Of a DNA stretch of 64,000 bases, positions 36,538 through 49,815 are shown in pieces. Origin of the DNA: Haliotis rufescens (Eukaryota); NCBI RefSeq assembly GCF_023055435.1, contig NW_025963957.1:5146001-5210000 (forward strand). The letters are read 5' to 3'. Each line of letters starts with the position of its first letter. The stretch's first letter is position 1. The translations under genes were made by a program, and so were the position numbers. The notes under the pieces are model-generated. The model ran no database searches and had not been told where the DNA came from. It worked only from the letters and a program-made list of their open reading frames with translations.

Positions 36538-37434
36538 ATACATTTGATGGTAAATAAAAGAAACAGACCCCTTTACATAAACAAACGAAATATATGCTAC
36601 ACCACAACAAGGTACTATTACAAAAAGTCATCTGTACACTGCTGTATAAAATGCGTCACATCCCTCAATACCTGCTCCGCAGTGAATCGTCTTTCTGCCC
36701 GCGTCTCACTTTCTGGTTGCTTTCCTCGTGTGTGTCACGTGACGTTGCTTCGACAACGTGATTTCGTGATGGCGTTATCTGCATGTATCAAAGTACAAGC
36801 ACGTATTTTATGAATCTATCCCAATCAATGCAATCAACATACCACACCTTTGTCGTAACGTCCTTTGTCTTTCGATGAGATATTTACCTCAAATAAATGT
36901 ACTTTGTATAATTCCTATTTGGAAAGTGAACTGGTGAAAACGGTGATGGGTCGGTGACCTTGCCTTCCCACCATCTTGCGCACATGTTGAGAACATTGGT
37001 TTGTTAAGATATATATATATATTAGTCTCACAACTACGTAGATTTTGTTGGTTAGGATTTTATGGAGACAAATTATATTTTTTAATTTGTTTTTATCTAG
37101 GCCCATAGTTTAAGTTATGATATCCAACATTAGACACCTCTTTTCGTTTTGTTTTTTTCACCATCATATTTATTATAATAAATGGTTTGACCCCGAATTG
37201 AGATAAGTAACCTTTGGCCACCTGCCAATCAATTCACGTGACCAACTAAACAGCAAGTCCGATGTGATACGGATTCCGAGACTGTGTCCGTCAACTTCAA
37301 GCATGGCGGTCTCTTATCAAAGTGATAGATATATTCTGGTGAACTGGTATTGCTTATTTAAGTAAAATATATCCTCAATTGCCCCTCATTTATCTAAACG
37401 TATGACCCATTAGAACATGTAAAAGATGGAAGAT

Positions 37435-37440
<6 letters not shown>

Positions 37441-37487
<47 letters not shown>

Positions 37488-38210
37488 TAAGGTCGGTTGT
37501 ATGGTATCCCATTGGGCTAGCACTATAAAACCAGCATGAGTCTGGACAAGAACAAGTTTCAAAACCCAATTTCACCTCACCTCACCTCACCTCACCTCAC
37601 CTCACCTCACCTCACCTCACCTCACCTCACCTCACCTCACTTCACCTCACCTCACTACTTGTCTGTATCGGATGGTTATTACAAGCATTAACTCTTCACG
37701 CTGCAGAGTGTGTGAGTGAGTATGATGTACGCCGTTTCAGCTATATGACAACAATATCATTGCAGGCAGCACCAGACTGTAAACTGGACCTGGATCTTTT
37801 CTCTTTCTATCCCTCTATAAACGAGTCGGGTACAGTGTCGCTGTTCAGACCACTATTTGTAAGTGGAAGGTGAAGGATGAAACATCTGTAATTTGCTGAG
37901 CCAAGTATCGACTCTAACTTCGTCAGATAATAGAAACGAACACACAGCGTGAGCCTTTCAAATTGTCATTAACAAGGTTGTGTTGTGCTGAGTTGTGTTT
38001 TGTCGTGTTGAGTTGTGTTGTTTTGTGTTGTGCTGAGTTGTGTTGTGTTGAGTTATGTTGTGTTGTGCTGAGTTGTGTTGTGTTGTGTTGTCTTGAGTTG
38101 TGTTGTGTTGAGTTATGTTGTGTTGTGCTGAGTTGTGTTGTGTTGTGTTGTGTTGTCTTGTGTTGTGTTGAGTTGTGTTGTGTTGTGTTGAGTTGGGTTG
38201 AGTTGTGTTG
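37441..38210. repeat. microsatellite cluster: (GA)n 37441-37485, (CACCT)n 37572-37654, (TGTGT)n 37978-38210
   Basis: Directly visible. Paralogous tracts at 52058-52119, 52274-52327 and 52820-52897. Confidence 0.9.
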
Positions 38211-38214
38211 TAAC

Positions 38215-39020
38215 CTCATGCCATTACACTTCCACCCCCAAACTGACGACTTTGAGTAAAGCAAGCGTCGCTACAACATTCTCCTGTATGGCTGTATACT
38301 CTTATACAACCATCAGAGCAGTCCAGATGAAACCTGGCAGCAATATTACTATATAGTCCCAGTCTTGGTGTCTAAGCCTCAGATGCCGTGTACACCCCCA
38401 GCTAGGCTCACCCTTGTGAGAAAACTTGGGCGTATCACTGGACGTCGGGGCCGGATGTTGTGATCCCTCAACCTGTTGCGTACGGCTCTGCTACTAATTG
38501 CTCTCAACCTAGGAATTGCTCAAGCTTTGGACGTGCTAGTTTGGTTGTCTTGTTGACGTGGCGTCACACGTGGATGACCGGCCCGTGGTAAATCATGATC
38601 ACGAGTGTTGCCCGTTTAAGAGATGATATTGTCTTTCGGTGAACATGTCTGACAACTTTGCTTTGCGCCATCCCTGTTTGAAGCATACCAACGACGCGTA
38701 GACGTCGACTTTCAGCATTGCTAACCGTTTTGGGGGTTAAACAAACGTGTTTTATGAGAACCTGATAGCTGAACAGTCATTGTATGCTGTTCACATTCAC
38801 AAACCACCTGTTCAACAAACAAGCAAACATGTGTGGTGTGATTGAACATGAACGTGCAAATTGTGAACCAAGACCGTCAAGTCGAGGAGATGTCTTCATG
38901 AATCTGTATTGAAAGATGCATTATTTAATTTCAGAATGAATTTATTTTTATTGAACTTTATATGAAGCACAGTTATCTTTTTCGTCAGAATATATTAAAT
39001 CATATTTTACAGTTTCAGTG
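38215..39020 (-). mobile_element. degenerate Tc1-family transposon, 5' half of transposase
   Basis: Minus-strand fragments RVVGMLQTGMAQSKVVRH, DLPRAGHPRVTPRQQD, TVRNRL, IRPRRP and RQFGGGSVMA. Possible TA|CACTG end at ~39020. Confidence 0.75.
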
Positions 39021-41532
39021 TACACTCGACAAAAACCATTCGCCAAAGCTGCAAAGGTTGTTACCTGGAAGTGTAATAAATCATGAAACACACCGTCAAG
39101 CAAGTGAACGTTGGTCGCGGATATTCGTAAAAGCTCAACTACCAGTGCCATAACAAATGTAGTTTATGTGAAAGAAGCTGGACTCACTTTCCGAGAATTA
39201 GCAAATAATACGTTCTTTGAGGGAAGACAACGCTGACAGGTATTAAACACAAAACGGTAATGGTGTTTTATTGAGTCATCTGTGCGCGTGGATGTTCGTA
39301 CATAAGAAAAATTATCAGACGTGAGGTCATTTACATAAGTGAATAAGAGGCTGCATCTCGATGTGTAGAGTTGCGTCCCTTAGGTGTGACAGGAACCTAT
39401 GATCGTGGGCTCGAATCCCAGATTTGCTGTGATCAGTTTCTAGGTTTGTCAGCACCCGGCCCGTTCTTGTGAATTTCACCTCATGTGTTACACATCGAAA
39501 CCACCCACATGCAGCTGACACGCCGTGATATAACTCACAGTCTGTTCAAAGCGCCCTCAAACAAACCTCACTCACTCGAGATGAAACGTTCTGAATCATT
39601 TCCAATATTCCTCTTTACAAGGTGTAAAGGAAGTGGCACTTACTAAGGAGGGTTTTGTGTAGAATATTTCATATACCAGAGACATACCATCGATTCCTTA
39701 CGTGTGTGGCTATTTAACTTCTTGCTTTTTTTAAACGCATTTAAAAAAATGTCTTTCCTCTTATACACAGCTAAAAACATCACGTTGTACAAACGTTGTA
39801 TAGACGCTCTATCTACGAGACCACGTAGGAGATCAGATAGATTTTGAGATATTGCGATTTGCAGTTATTCTATATAGTTGGGAATTATACATGTTATATA
39901 TCATCATCATCATAGTGTTTTGGCTGAAGCATGTAGCTGAAAACTTGTTATAATCTGAAAAAAACGTCTAAAGATACGGGCAGTGAGTAAAACACACTTA
40001 CGTATGTTCTTAAGGGTCACCTTGTAACATATTTAAGAATGTAACCCCTCGCCTGGACTAGATCAGTATTATAAATAATATTCCACAGGACCGAAAAGGA
40101 GTATAGTTTCTGAAACTAAAACATATTGTAACAGGTACAGAGTGACACGCATAGACATGCATCTGTATCAGCTTATAGTCTACATGTACACCCTGTGTGC
40201 AGGGTGCCCTGCTGTGTCATATCTTTCATCAGCGTCACATTGCAAACTTGTTTTGTAATCTACTGCAACCGTCTTAAAGAAAAATAGGAATAGTGTGTAT
40301 TTCGTGAGCTGAATTCCTCTAGTTCGTTGGTTGGTTTGTTGTTTAACGCCGCATTCAGCAATATTCCAGCTATATGACGGCGATCTGTAAATAATCGAGT
40401 CTGGACCAGACAATCCAGTGATTAATATCATGAGCATCGATCCATGCAATTGGGATCGATGACATGCATCAACCGCCTCTTGCGACAAGCATAGTCGCTT
40501 TTTACGGCAAGCATGGGTTGCTAAAGACCTTTTCTAGCCCGGATGAATTCATGTGATGTATTAGTCCGGTTAAAGAGTAGGTCCATAAATGACAGTCAAT
40601 TGTTTCCCATCGTTGGTCATTTTATGCTTACGGGAAGACGTCTGTTACATTGGTCACGGTTAAAGCTTTGGTTCAACATCGTGTTTATTCTCCTGAACTA
40701 TGTTACCCCGCATTGAGTTAATTAACCTCTGTCCCTTGGGGATTCCGGATTAGAACAGGTCCCAGCGATCTAACTGTTGGCCGTAAGGGCCGACCAATGG
40801 ATAGTGTCGTCAGACTCAGTAATGGGATGATAGTGTCAGCTTACCACGACGGCTGAATCGTTGTTCACAATATCAGTCTTGTCCAGACACCTTACTTAAA
40901 GGCAGGTATCACGTAGCTGGATATTGCTTCGTGCGTCAAGCAACAACCAAATAAACCTCTCCTCACTCGTCAATAACTTCACATAACTAATCAAATAATG
41001 CAATCCAATACGGATACTGACAATTTGTACGACATCAAACATGATCGTCTCTAATCAAAGTGATAGATACTTTCTAGGTCAACTTCGGGGCATTGTAGGT
41101 GTTCCTTTAAGTAATATATGTTCCCTACTGCCCATCATTTATCTAAACTTGTAACCAATTGTAAGCTACATAAAGGCTGCACAACTTCTAGGCCGCTGTT
41201 GGTTAGAGAGTATTGGACAGAGAGATACACGGATAGGTGTGTGGTTGACCGTGGGCTACATGACAGCTTGGGTCGGAGAGTATTTTGAAATACATGTAGA
41301 GGTAAAGGGTTGTGCAACCTTTGGATTGATTTACACCAGATAGTATTTCGAGGTGGGCGTAGATGTAGGTGAGTGAAGAAGGACCCATGTATTTTGAGAT
41401 ACGTGTATGTGTATAGGGTTGTGCTACTTATGGAATATTTTCATACTGGATAGTATTTCAAGACTGGTAAAGTAGTATAGTGTTCTGCATCGTGTGTATG
41501 ATCCTCATATTTGAGAGTGTGGAGACAGGTGT

Positions 41533-44246
41533 AGTGGTAAGGGATTGTGCAACCCAGTGGAAAGGGATTGTGCAACCCAGTGGTAAGGGATTGTGCAACC
41601 CAGTGGTAAGGGATTGTGCAACCTAGAAGTAAGGGATTGTGCAACCCAGTGGTAAGGGATTGTGGAACCCAGTGGTAAGGGATTGTGCAACCCAGTGGTA
41701 AGGGATTGTGCAACCCAGTGGTAAGGGATTGTGGAACCCAGTGGTAAGGGATTGTGCAACCCAGTGGTAAGGGATTGTGCAACCCAGTGGTAAGGGATTG
41801 TGCAACCTAGTGTTAAGGGATTGTGCAACCCAGTGGTAAGGGATTGTGCAACCCAGTGGTAAGGGATTGTGCAACCCACTGGTAAGGAATTGTGCAACCC
41901 AGTGATAAGGGATTGTGCAACCCAGTGGTAAGGGATTGTGCAACCCAGTGATAAGGGATTGTCCAACCCAGTGGTAAGGGATTGTGCAACCCAGTGGTAA
42001 GGGATTGTGCAACCGAGTGGTAAGGGATTGTGCAACCCAGTGGTAAGGGATTGTGCAACCCAGTGGTAAGGGATTGTGCAACCCAGTGGTAAGTGATTGT
42101 GCAACCCAGTGGTAAGTGATTTTGCAACCCACTGGTAAGGGATTGTGCAACCCACTGGTAAGTGATTGTGCAACCCACTGGTAAGGGATTGTGCAACCCA
42201 GTGGTAAGGGATTGTGCAACCAAGTGGTAAGGGATTGTGCAACCCAGTGGTAAGGGATTTTTCAACCAAGTGGTAAGGGATTGTGGAACCCAGTGGTAAG
42301 GGATTTTTCAACCTAGTGGTAAGGGATTTTTCAAACTAGTGGTAAGGGATTTTTCAACCTAGTGGTAAGGGATTGTGCAACCTAGTGGAAAGGGATTGTG
42401 CAACCAAGTGGTAAGGGATTTTTCAACGCAGTGGTAAGGGATTTTTCAACCCAGTGGTAAGGGATTTTTCAACCTAGTGGTAAGGGATTGTGCAACCCAG
42501 TGGTAAGGGATTGTGCAACCCAGTGGTAAGGGATTGTGCAACCCAGTGGTAAGGGATTGTGCAACCCAGTGTTAAGGGATTGTGCAACCCACTGGTAAGG
42601 GATTGTGCAACCCACTGGTAAGGGATTGTGCAACCCAGTGGTAAGGGATTGTGCAACCTAGTGGTAAGGGAATGTGCAAACCACTGGTAAGGGATTTTGC
42701 AACCCACTGGTAAGTGATTGTGCAACCTAGTGGTAAGGGATTGTCCAACCTAGTGGTAAGGGATTGTGCAACCCAGTGGTAAGGGATTGTGCAACCCAGT
42801 TTTAAGGGATTGTGCAACCCAGTGGTCAGGGATCTTGCAACCTAGTGGTAAGGGATTGTGCAACCTAGTGGTAAGGGATTGTGCAACCCAGTGGTAAGGG
42901 ATTGTGCAACCTAGTGTTAAGGGATTGTGCAACCCAGTGGTAAGGGATTGTGCAACCCAGTTGTAAGGGATTGTGCAACCCACTGGTAAGGAATTGTGCA
43001 ACCCAGTGATAAGGGATTGTGCAACCCAGTGGTAAGGGATTGTGCAACCCAGTGATAAGGGATTGTCCAACCCAGTGGTAAGGGATTGTGCAACCCAGTG
43101 GTAAGGGATTGTGCAACCGAGTGGTAAGGGATTGTGCAACCCAGTGGTAAGGGATTGTGCAACCCAGTGGTAAGGGATTGTGCAACCCAGTGGTAAGTGA
43201 TTGTGCAACCCAGTGGTAAGTGATTTTGCAACCCACTGGTAAGGGATTGTGCAACCCACTGGTAAGTGATTGTGCAACCCACTGGTAAGGGATTGTGCAA
43301 CCCAGTGGTAAGGGATTGTGCAACCAAGTGGTAAGGGATTGTGCAACCCAGTGGTAAGGGATTTTTCAACCAAGTGGTAAGGGATTGTGCAACCAAGTGG
43401 TAAGGGATTTTTCAACCCAGTGGTAAGGGATTTTTCAACCCAGTGGTAAGGGATTTTTCAACCTAGTGGTAAGGGATTGTGCAACCCAGTGGTAAGGGAT
43501 TGTGCAACCCAGTGGTAAGGGATTGTGCAACCCAGTGGTAAGGGATTGTGCAACCCAGTGTTAAGGGATTGTGCAACCCACTGGTAAGGGATTGTGCAAC
43601 CCACTGGTAAGGGATTGTGCAACCCAGTGGTAAGGGATTGTGCAACCTAGTGGTAAGGGAATGTGCAAACCACTGGTAAGGGATTTTGCAACCCACTGGT
43701 AAGTGATTGTGCAACCTAGTGGTAAGGGATTGTCCAACCTAGTGGTAAGGGATTGTGGAACCCAGTGGTAAGGGATTGTGCAACCTAGTGGTCAGGGATC
43801 TTGCAACCTAGTGGTAAGGGATTGTGCAACCTAGTGGTAAGGGATTGTGCAACCCAGTGGTAAGGGATTGTGCAACCCAGTGGTAAGGGATTGTGCAACC
43901 TAGTGTTAAGGGATTGTGCAACCCAGTGGTAAGGGATTGTGCAACCCAGTGGTAAGGGATTGTGCAACCCAGTGGTAAGGGATTGTGCAACCTAGTGTTA
44001 AGGGATTGTGCAACCCAGTGGTAAGGGATTGTGCAACCTAGTGGTAAGAGATTGTCCAACCTAGTGGTAAGGGATTGTGCAACCCAGTGGTAAGGGATTG
44101 AGCAACCCATTGGTAAGGGATTGTGCAACCCAGTGGTAAGGGATTGTGCAACCCAGTGGTAAGGGATTGTGCAACCCAGTGGTAAGGGATCTTGCAACCT
44201 AGTGGTAAGGGATTGTGCAACCTAGTGGTAAGAGATTGTGCAACCC
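41533..44246. repeat. 23-bp satellite array, ~118 units (AGTGGTAAGGGATTGTGCAACCC)
   Basis: 2714 bp / 23 = 118. The 23-aa periodicity of the spurious ORFs equals three units. Variant blocks recur at offsets of 1104 and 989 bp. Confidence 0.95.
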
Positions 44247-47041
44247 ATGGATTATTTCTATATTAGTGATTAAGTCCTGATAGGTGTTGCGGTTTTGGGA
44301 TGTGAAGCCCATGGATTGGTTATATCTATATTATACAGTGTGTCGAGCTAGCTGCGGTGATATGTGGCTGTGCAGCTAATAGGGCAGATTGGTTTCGAGA
44401 GTGTTGTGAGATCCATATACGAGAGTAGGATATTCTTAACAGCTCAACTACCAGTGCCATAACAAATGTACTTTGGACTCACTTTCTGAGAATTAGCAAA
44501 TAATACGTTCTTTGAGGGAAGACAACGCTGACAGGTGTTAAACACAAAAGGGTAATGGTGGTTTATTGAGTCATCTGTGCGCGTGGATGTTCGTACATAA
44601 GAGAAATGATCAGACGTGAGGTCATTTACATAAGTGAATAAGAGGTTGCATCTCGATGTGTAGAGTTGCGTCCCTTAGGTGTGACAGGAACCTATGATCG
44701 TGGGCTCGAATCACAGATTTGCTGTGATTACGTTTCTAGGTTTGTCAGCACCCGGCCCGTTCTTGTGAATTTCGACTCATGTGTTAAACATCGAAACCAC
44801 CCACATGCAGCTGACACGCCTTGATATAACTCACATTCTGTTCAAAGCGCCCTCAAACAAACCTCACTCCCTCACTCGAGATGAAACGTTCTGAATAATT
44901 TCCAATTTTCCTCTTTACAAGGTTTAAATGAAGTGATACTTACTAAGGAGGGTTTTGTGTGGAATATTTCACATACCAGAGACATACCATCCAATCCTTA
45001 CGTGTGTGGCTATGTAACTTGTTGCTTTTTTTTAAACGCATTTAATTTTTTTTATTAGTCTTGTTGCAGTAGGAAACATTTCCTCTTATACACAGCTAAA
45101 ACTTCTACCCCGATTTGGAGGATTATAATGGCCAAAGCTTCACAAGTCTCACAGAAGACCCGGGTTCGAATCCCGACATGGATTCATTGTCGTGATGTGA
45201 CACAATGTAGGAAGCACATTCTTGGTCTATGTGCCAAGCTCAAATCAGTTCATATGCCCACGTGGGTATGCTTGATGGACAGAAAACAAGAATCCTTCAT
45301 GATGACATTTTTCAATGTTAAAAAAGTCCAAGCTCCCTCCTCACTTGAGAAACAAATAGGATGAGAAACGTTTATTTTTATGTATCCCAACAGTCATGAT
45401 ACAAATCCCACAATAAACCCTACAATACATCCTACAATAAACCCTACAATAAACCCTACAATACACATGAACATGCACACGCGGGACAAAACTACATGTG
45501 AGTGTAACTAATTACAAACATTAGAAAACTTCAAATCATCACCATTTAACTCATTTTCGTGATAAAATTCCTCCATGGTTGTTTTTTGCTGTTCAAGGCC
45601 GTATCAAGCAATATTCCGGCTATATAGAGTCGACATGTACGAGTCGGAACCAGACTATCTGGTGATTGATATTATAACAACTATCGACGAGCACGGTGAT
45701 ACACAATGATCTAAGTCATCGAGCCCGACCACACGATCCATTAAATCGTCTCTTACTACATACACAGATTGCTGGGGGCCTCTGTAACCTGAATCCCAAT
45801 GGGGTCTTAGTGCTAAATAAAGGAGAACAAACAAGTTGAGAAGATATATGTTTAGTTGCTGTAGTATTAGGAGTTGTACCTGTTACTGAGACAAGGATCT
45901 AGACAAATAGGAATCCTGACAACTGTTTACCAACATGTCGAAACATTGTGAAAACTTTGCAATGTTAATAAATTGCATACTAGGTTGAGTGTTAAAGCTA
46001 CTTTGAAGAGTAGAACGCTACTTTGAAGAGTATTTCGGTTATGTCACCATGTGTCAGCTTTATGGGAAGAAAGCCCAAAGTGGGACACGACGTGGACTTT
46101 AATGACTGCGATAGAGAACTCACAGACCAAGTGTCACAATGTGTAATTCCTCAGTAACGTTCCTTAGCTCAAAAGTGCAATAATAAGTTTAAAGATGTTC
46201 AGTGATGTATTCTATTAACTAATTTTGTAACTGAATTGTTTGAAAATATCGGCAGTACATATCTCGGCAACCCCTTATCAATATATGGTTTTACTACGTG
46301 TATTGCCTATAATGCTATAAAGCTCCGTCTACCTTGAACATAAATCAAACTGAAACGGCGCGGAAACTTTTAGAAAAGTAATGTAACATGTTTTCCCTGC
46401 TGGAATTTTTTATGGTTGATCAGTGTTGGTATTGTGATCTTTTACGGCCACTTCAATCACTAGCGCGTCCGTCATATTATTTAGAATCTGTCGATAATAG
46501 TGATCGAACTTAATAGTACTTCAACAGTTCTGAAGGCATCCGCTACTTATTAACTCCCCTATGACGATTCGAAAGCGGTAAGAAAATAATTTCAAACTCT
46601 CAGGGAACCGTGACAAGTTGCTGTAGTAGACATAGTATTGTTAAGTATTATATATTTCATGTGATCAAACATAAACATCACAGTTTCCTGGTACTACGCT
46701 TACGTTATGAATTGCTCGACATTACTGACGAGAAGGTCAAATAAAACATTAGAGCAACGACTAACACATGTATCAGCACACACGAAGGGATTCAATCAAG
46801 ATTAAATATTTTAAGAAGCCAGGGGACTGACCAACTACACACCTCAAACATATACTATACAACAGTAAATAACATCACCTGTTTTAGGTGAGCGGACTCA
46901 GGTACTGCCATGAGATAGGCCTTCTCTCTGTGACATTCCGTTCCAATAGTGGATGTAATATCTTAACTATGTGAATTACTGTTGAAAGCAATGAACAAGA
47001 TCGGAAATTGCCGTAAAGGAGGAATTGTCTCATGGTCTTAA

Positions 47042-48789
47042 CTATGTACATATGTAGACATGTCTCACTTCACAGTTTTTAAATTTAAATACGCGGACAC
47101 ATCGGCCACATGTAACATACAGAAACCCGTCCCCATCAAGACAGATACCACGGGGATATTTCAGACCATCCTGATGTGTGAGTACATCTCTGACATACTG
47201 CCCCGACTCTGTCAGCTGAATCACCTTGTGGGAGTTATAGTCTACAAGCAGGATATCTCGTGTGCTGGTTGTTGTGATACCCCAAGGACATGTCAGAGCT
47301 CTGACTGCTGCGGGAGTGTAGGTGAAAACAGCGACTCCTTCACTGGTCACACATACAAGGGAGTTAACTCGTCTTTCACTGACTATTAAGTTGTTATTAC
47401 TGGTGACATGGATATAGTCTGGATTCCTTAAGACACCTGTGTTGATAGACTTCAGTATCCTCCCTCTCATGTCCAGTATGTCCACAGAGTGAGGCTGGTA
47501 ATATGTACTCGCCGCCAGCTGTGAAGGACTCAGAGAGGACAGAGCGTAGTACGTCTTGCTTGTCTTGATTGTTGACAGCAATACGGGATCTGGGGTAACA
47601 TTCACTGTAACTATTTCCTTACTCAATGGAACACTGACAGCTACCTGACTCTCACTTAACTTTGCTACTTGCCAAGGCCCATTAGAAAGCAGTAGATTGC
47701 CAAGCGTGTTTAGGTCTGATGTGTGATATGTTTTGAGGCTACTGTTAAAGTAATCTGCAACTACTGTTACAGTTAAACCATCAACAGTCAACACTGTGAG
47801 GTCAAACAAATCAGTATCCTTCTTATCCCCGTCCGCCACACAGTCAAAAGTGTTATGTAGAACAGGGGTAGACTGGCGGTCACTCACACCACGGACAACT
47901 GCAACCTCCCCCAGCTGTAGGTCATCGACTGCTTTACTCAGCTTGTCCATGTCGTGTGTGAATACAACCCTTCCTGGCGCTGGTCTATTGTCCGTGTCGT
48001 GTGTGAATACAACCCTTTCTGGCGCTGGTCTGTTGTCCGTGTCGTGTGTGAATACAACCCTTTCTTGCGCTGGTCTGTTGCCCGTGTCTCTGTTGTCTGT
48101 AGACGCCTCACCCACCGACTCATAGACAGCATACATGTCCCGCTCACAGTTGGACGTCACAGCATTGGCTGTGAACTCATACTGCTGCTGGTACATCTGT
48201 AGCTCGATCTCCTGGGATTTTATTTCTGCTTGTAATGCATGTAATTGTTCATCGGAAGATCGGTCGACTTGATCAAAGAGTTGTTTTTCCTTGCTCAAAA
48301 TCACTTCTACTACTCTCTGACGTATATTTCTGATTTCATCTTTAATATTTTGCGCATTTGTCTGAATTTCTTTGATTTGAGATTTCCTTAAGATGGTTAT
48401 ATTTTCTGAAGTTGTCATTTTGATTTTCAGTTCTTGGTTTTGATTTGACAGGTGTTCTCTAACAAGAGGAGTCATATTATCTAAGGTATCAACATCGTCA
48501 CATTTCCTGTGTTTTATACTGCAGCATGTATGACAAATGGCCATCTTACAATCTTTACAGAACAACTCTATCTGTTTGTCTTTGTGTGTTTTACACATAA
48601 AGCGATGCCTAGCTTTTCTCTTGGTAGCATCAAACACATCCACAACTTCATGGTCACGTGACATTGGCATGATGTTGTGCATCTTCAGACATCCATCACA
48701 GAAGACCTCGTCACAGACGGAGCACCATGATGTGGCAGGACTTGTCTTCCCTTGTGTTTTGCAAACACTGCAGACATTTGCATCGGCAG
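47042..48789 (-). CDS. TRIM E3 ligase copy 2, large exon (B-box1, B-box2, coiled coil, NHL-like beta-propeller); intact
   Basis: Open 588-codon frame with an acceptor at 48790-48791. NHL-like blades NPDYIHVT, CPWGITTT...DYNSHKVIQL...GQYVR and YPRGICLDGDGFLYVT. With the RING exon this gives 679 aa. Confidence 0.93.
47946..48081 (-). repeat. 45-bp coding minisatellite, 3 units
   Basis: Three RVVFTHD repeats. Confidence 0.9.
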
Positions 48790-49523
48790 CTGTAATGACA
48801 AATATCAACCTGTGTTTTCTGGATTAAGGTACATATATATAATTATATTCAAAGGAAAACTATAAGGTTATCGGAATAAAAATATCACATCTAATTATTA
48901 AATATTCATGTGAATCAATTCATTAGTGTTAAATATAAGATAGCTACGCGATAAATCGTAGAGAACAATGATCAAACATTAAACAGGCGCTCGAAAATTG
49001 ATGACGTCGTAACTTGGACAACGTTATTTTTTAGTTGGAAGTTGTTCCCCATAGATGTAGCTGGAGAGCGCAGATAAACGCAATGGCCGACCGATCGCAC
49101 CCAAAAGTAGGCGAGATATGACAATCAGTACTTGGAGGAAAGGAGCAGATAATCGACGTCAGTATTGTGGAAATACCAAACTTAACTTCCCTCGACATAA
49201 ACTGTAGTTGTCCGACATTTAAGAGGTCGAATTGAATTCAGGGAGTCATGATTATTTACATACGGGTAAATGTTTTTAAAACTTGAACAATTTATTGACA
49301 TCAAAGGATGTATAAAATGGTATCTCACATACGAAATAAAAAATAAGCGACTCATGGTTTATTCTCCCTGCAGTATTTTATTGTACGATTAACAAGGACC
49401 ACGAGTCGTTTATTTCTTAAATATGCAACAGAATGCAATTCAGTTTTGCAATTGGATTAAACCTCATAATCTCTTGTTAAGTATGTGGTTATACTTATTG
49501 AACATATACTTTCAATCAGTTAC

Positions 49524-49815
49524 CTTCTGCCCCTGGTCCAAAGTCGTCCATCAGTCCCTGTATGACGTGGCTTGGTTTCAGCTGACTGACCCACTCCTCT
49601 ACTGGACTGTCAGGGGTGGTCACCTTCGTTAGTTGTCTACAGGAGGGACATGGGATGGACTTGGCTTGTACTGCTTCCGGCTGTGTCTTGGTGTATTTCA
49701 GCAGACAGGACTTACAGAATGTATGATTACACTGAAGTGTGGCTGGGTCTGTGAACACCTCAGTACAGATAACACAGGTGAGGTGGTGGTCTGTTAGTTT
49801 CTTAGCGGTCGCCAT
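49524..49815 (-). CDS. TRIM E3 ligase copy 2, RING exon
   Basis: MATAKKLTDHHLTCVIC...CNHTFCKSC...CPSCR. 292 nt, phase 1 donor. Confidence 0.92.

Larger units (their letters stand above)
26462..39118. repeat. segmental duplication unit 1 (blocks A-B-C)
   Basis: Block A 26462-28378, block B 28379-29105, block C ~29840-39118, each re-found in units 2 and 3. Confidence 0.88.

Noticed and set aside
37923-38264. Cys-rich and TQHN-rich ORFs (also 52517-53058)
   Set aside because: Translations of the pentanucleotide microsatellite; only the Tc1 fragment next to it is meaningful.
41441-44220. Long ORFs with HNPLPLGCTIPYHWVAQSLTTGL repeats
   Set aside because: Translation of a stop-poor strand of the 23-bp satellite in all three frames; not a gene.
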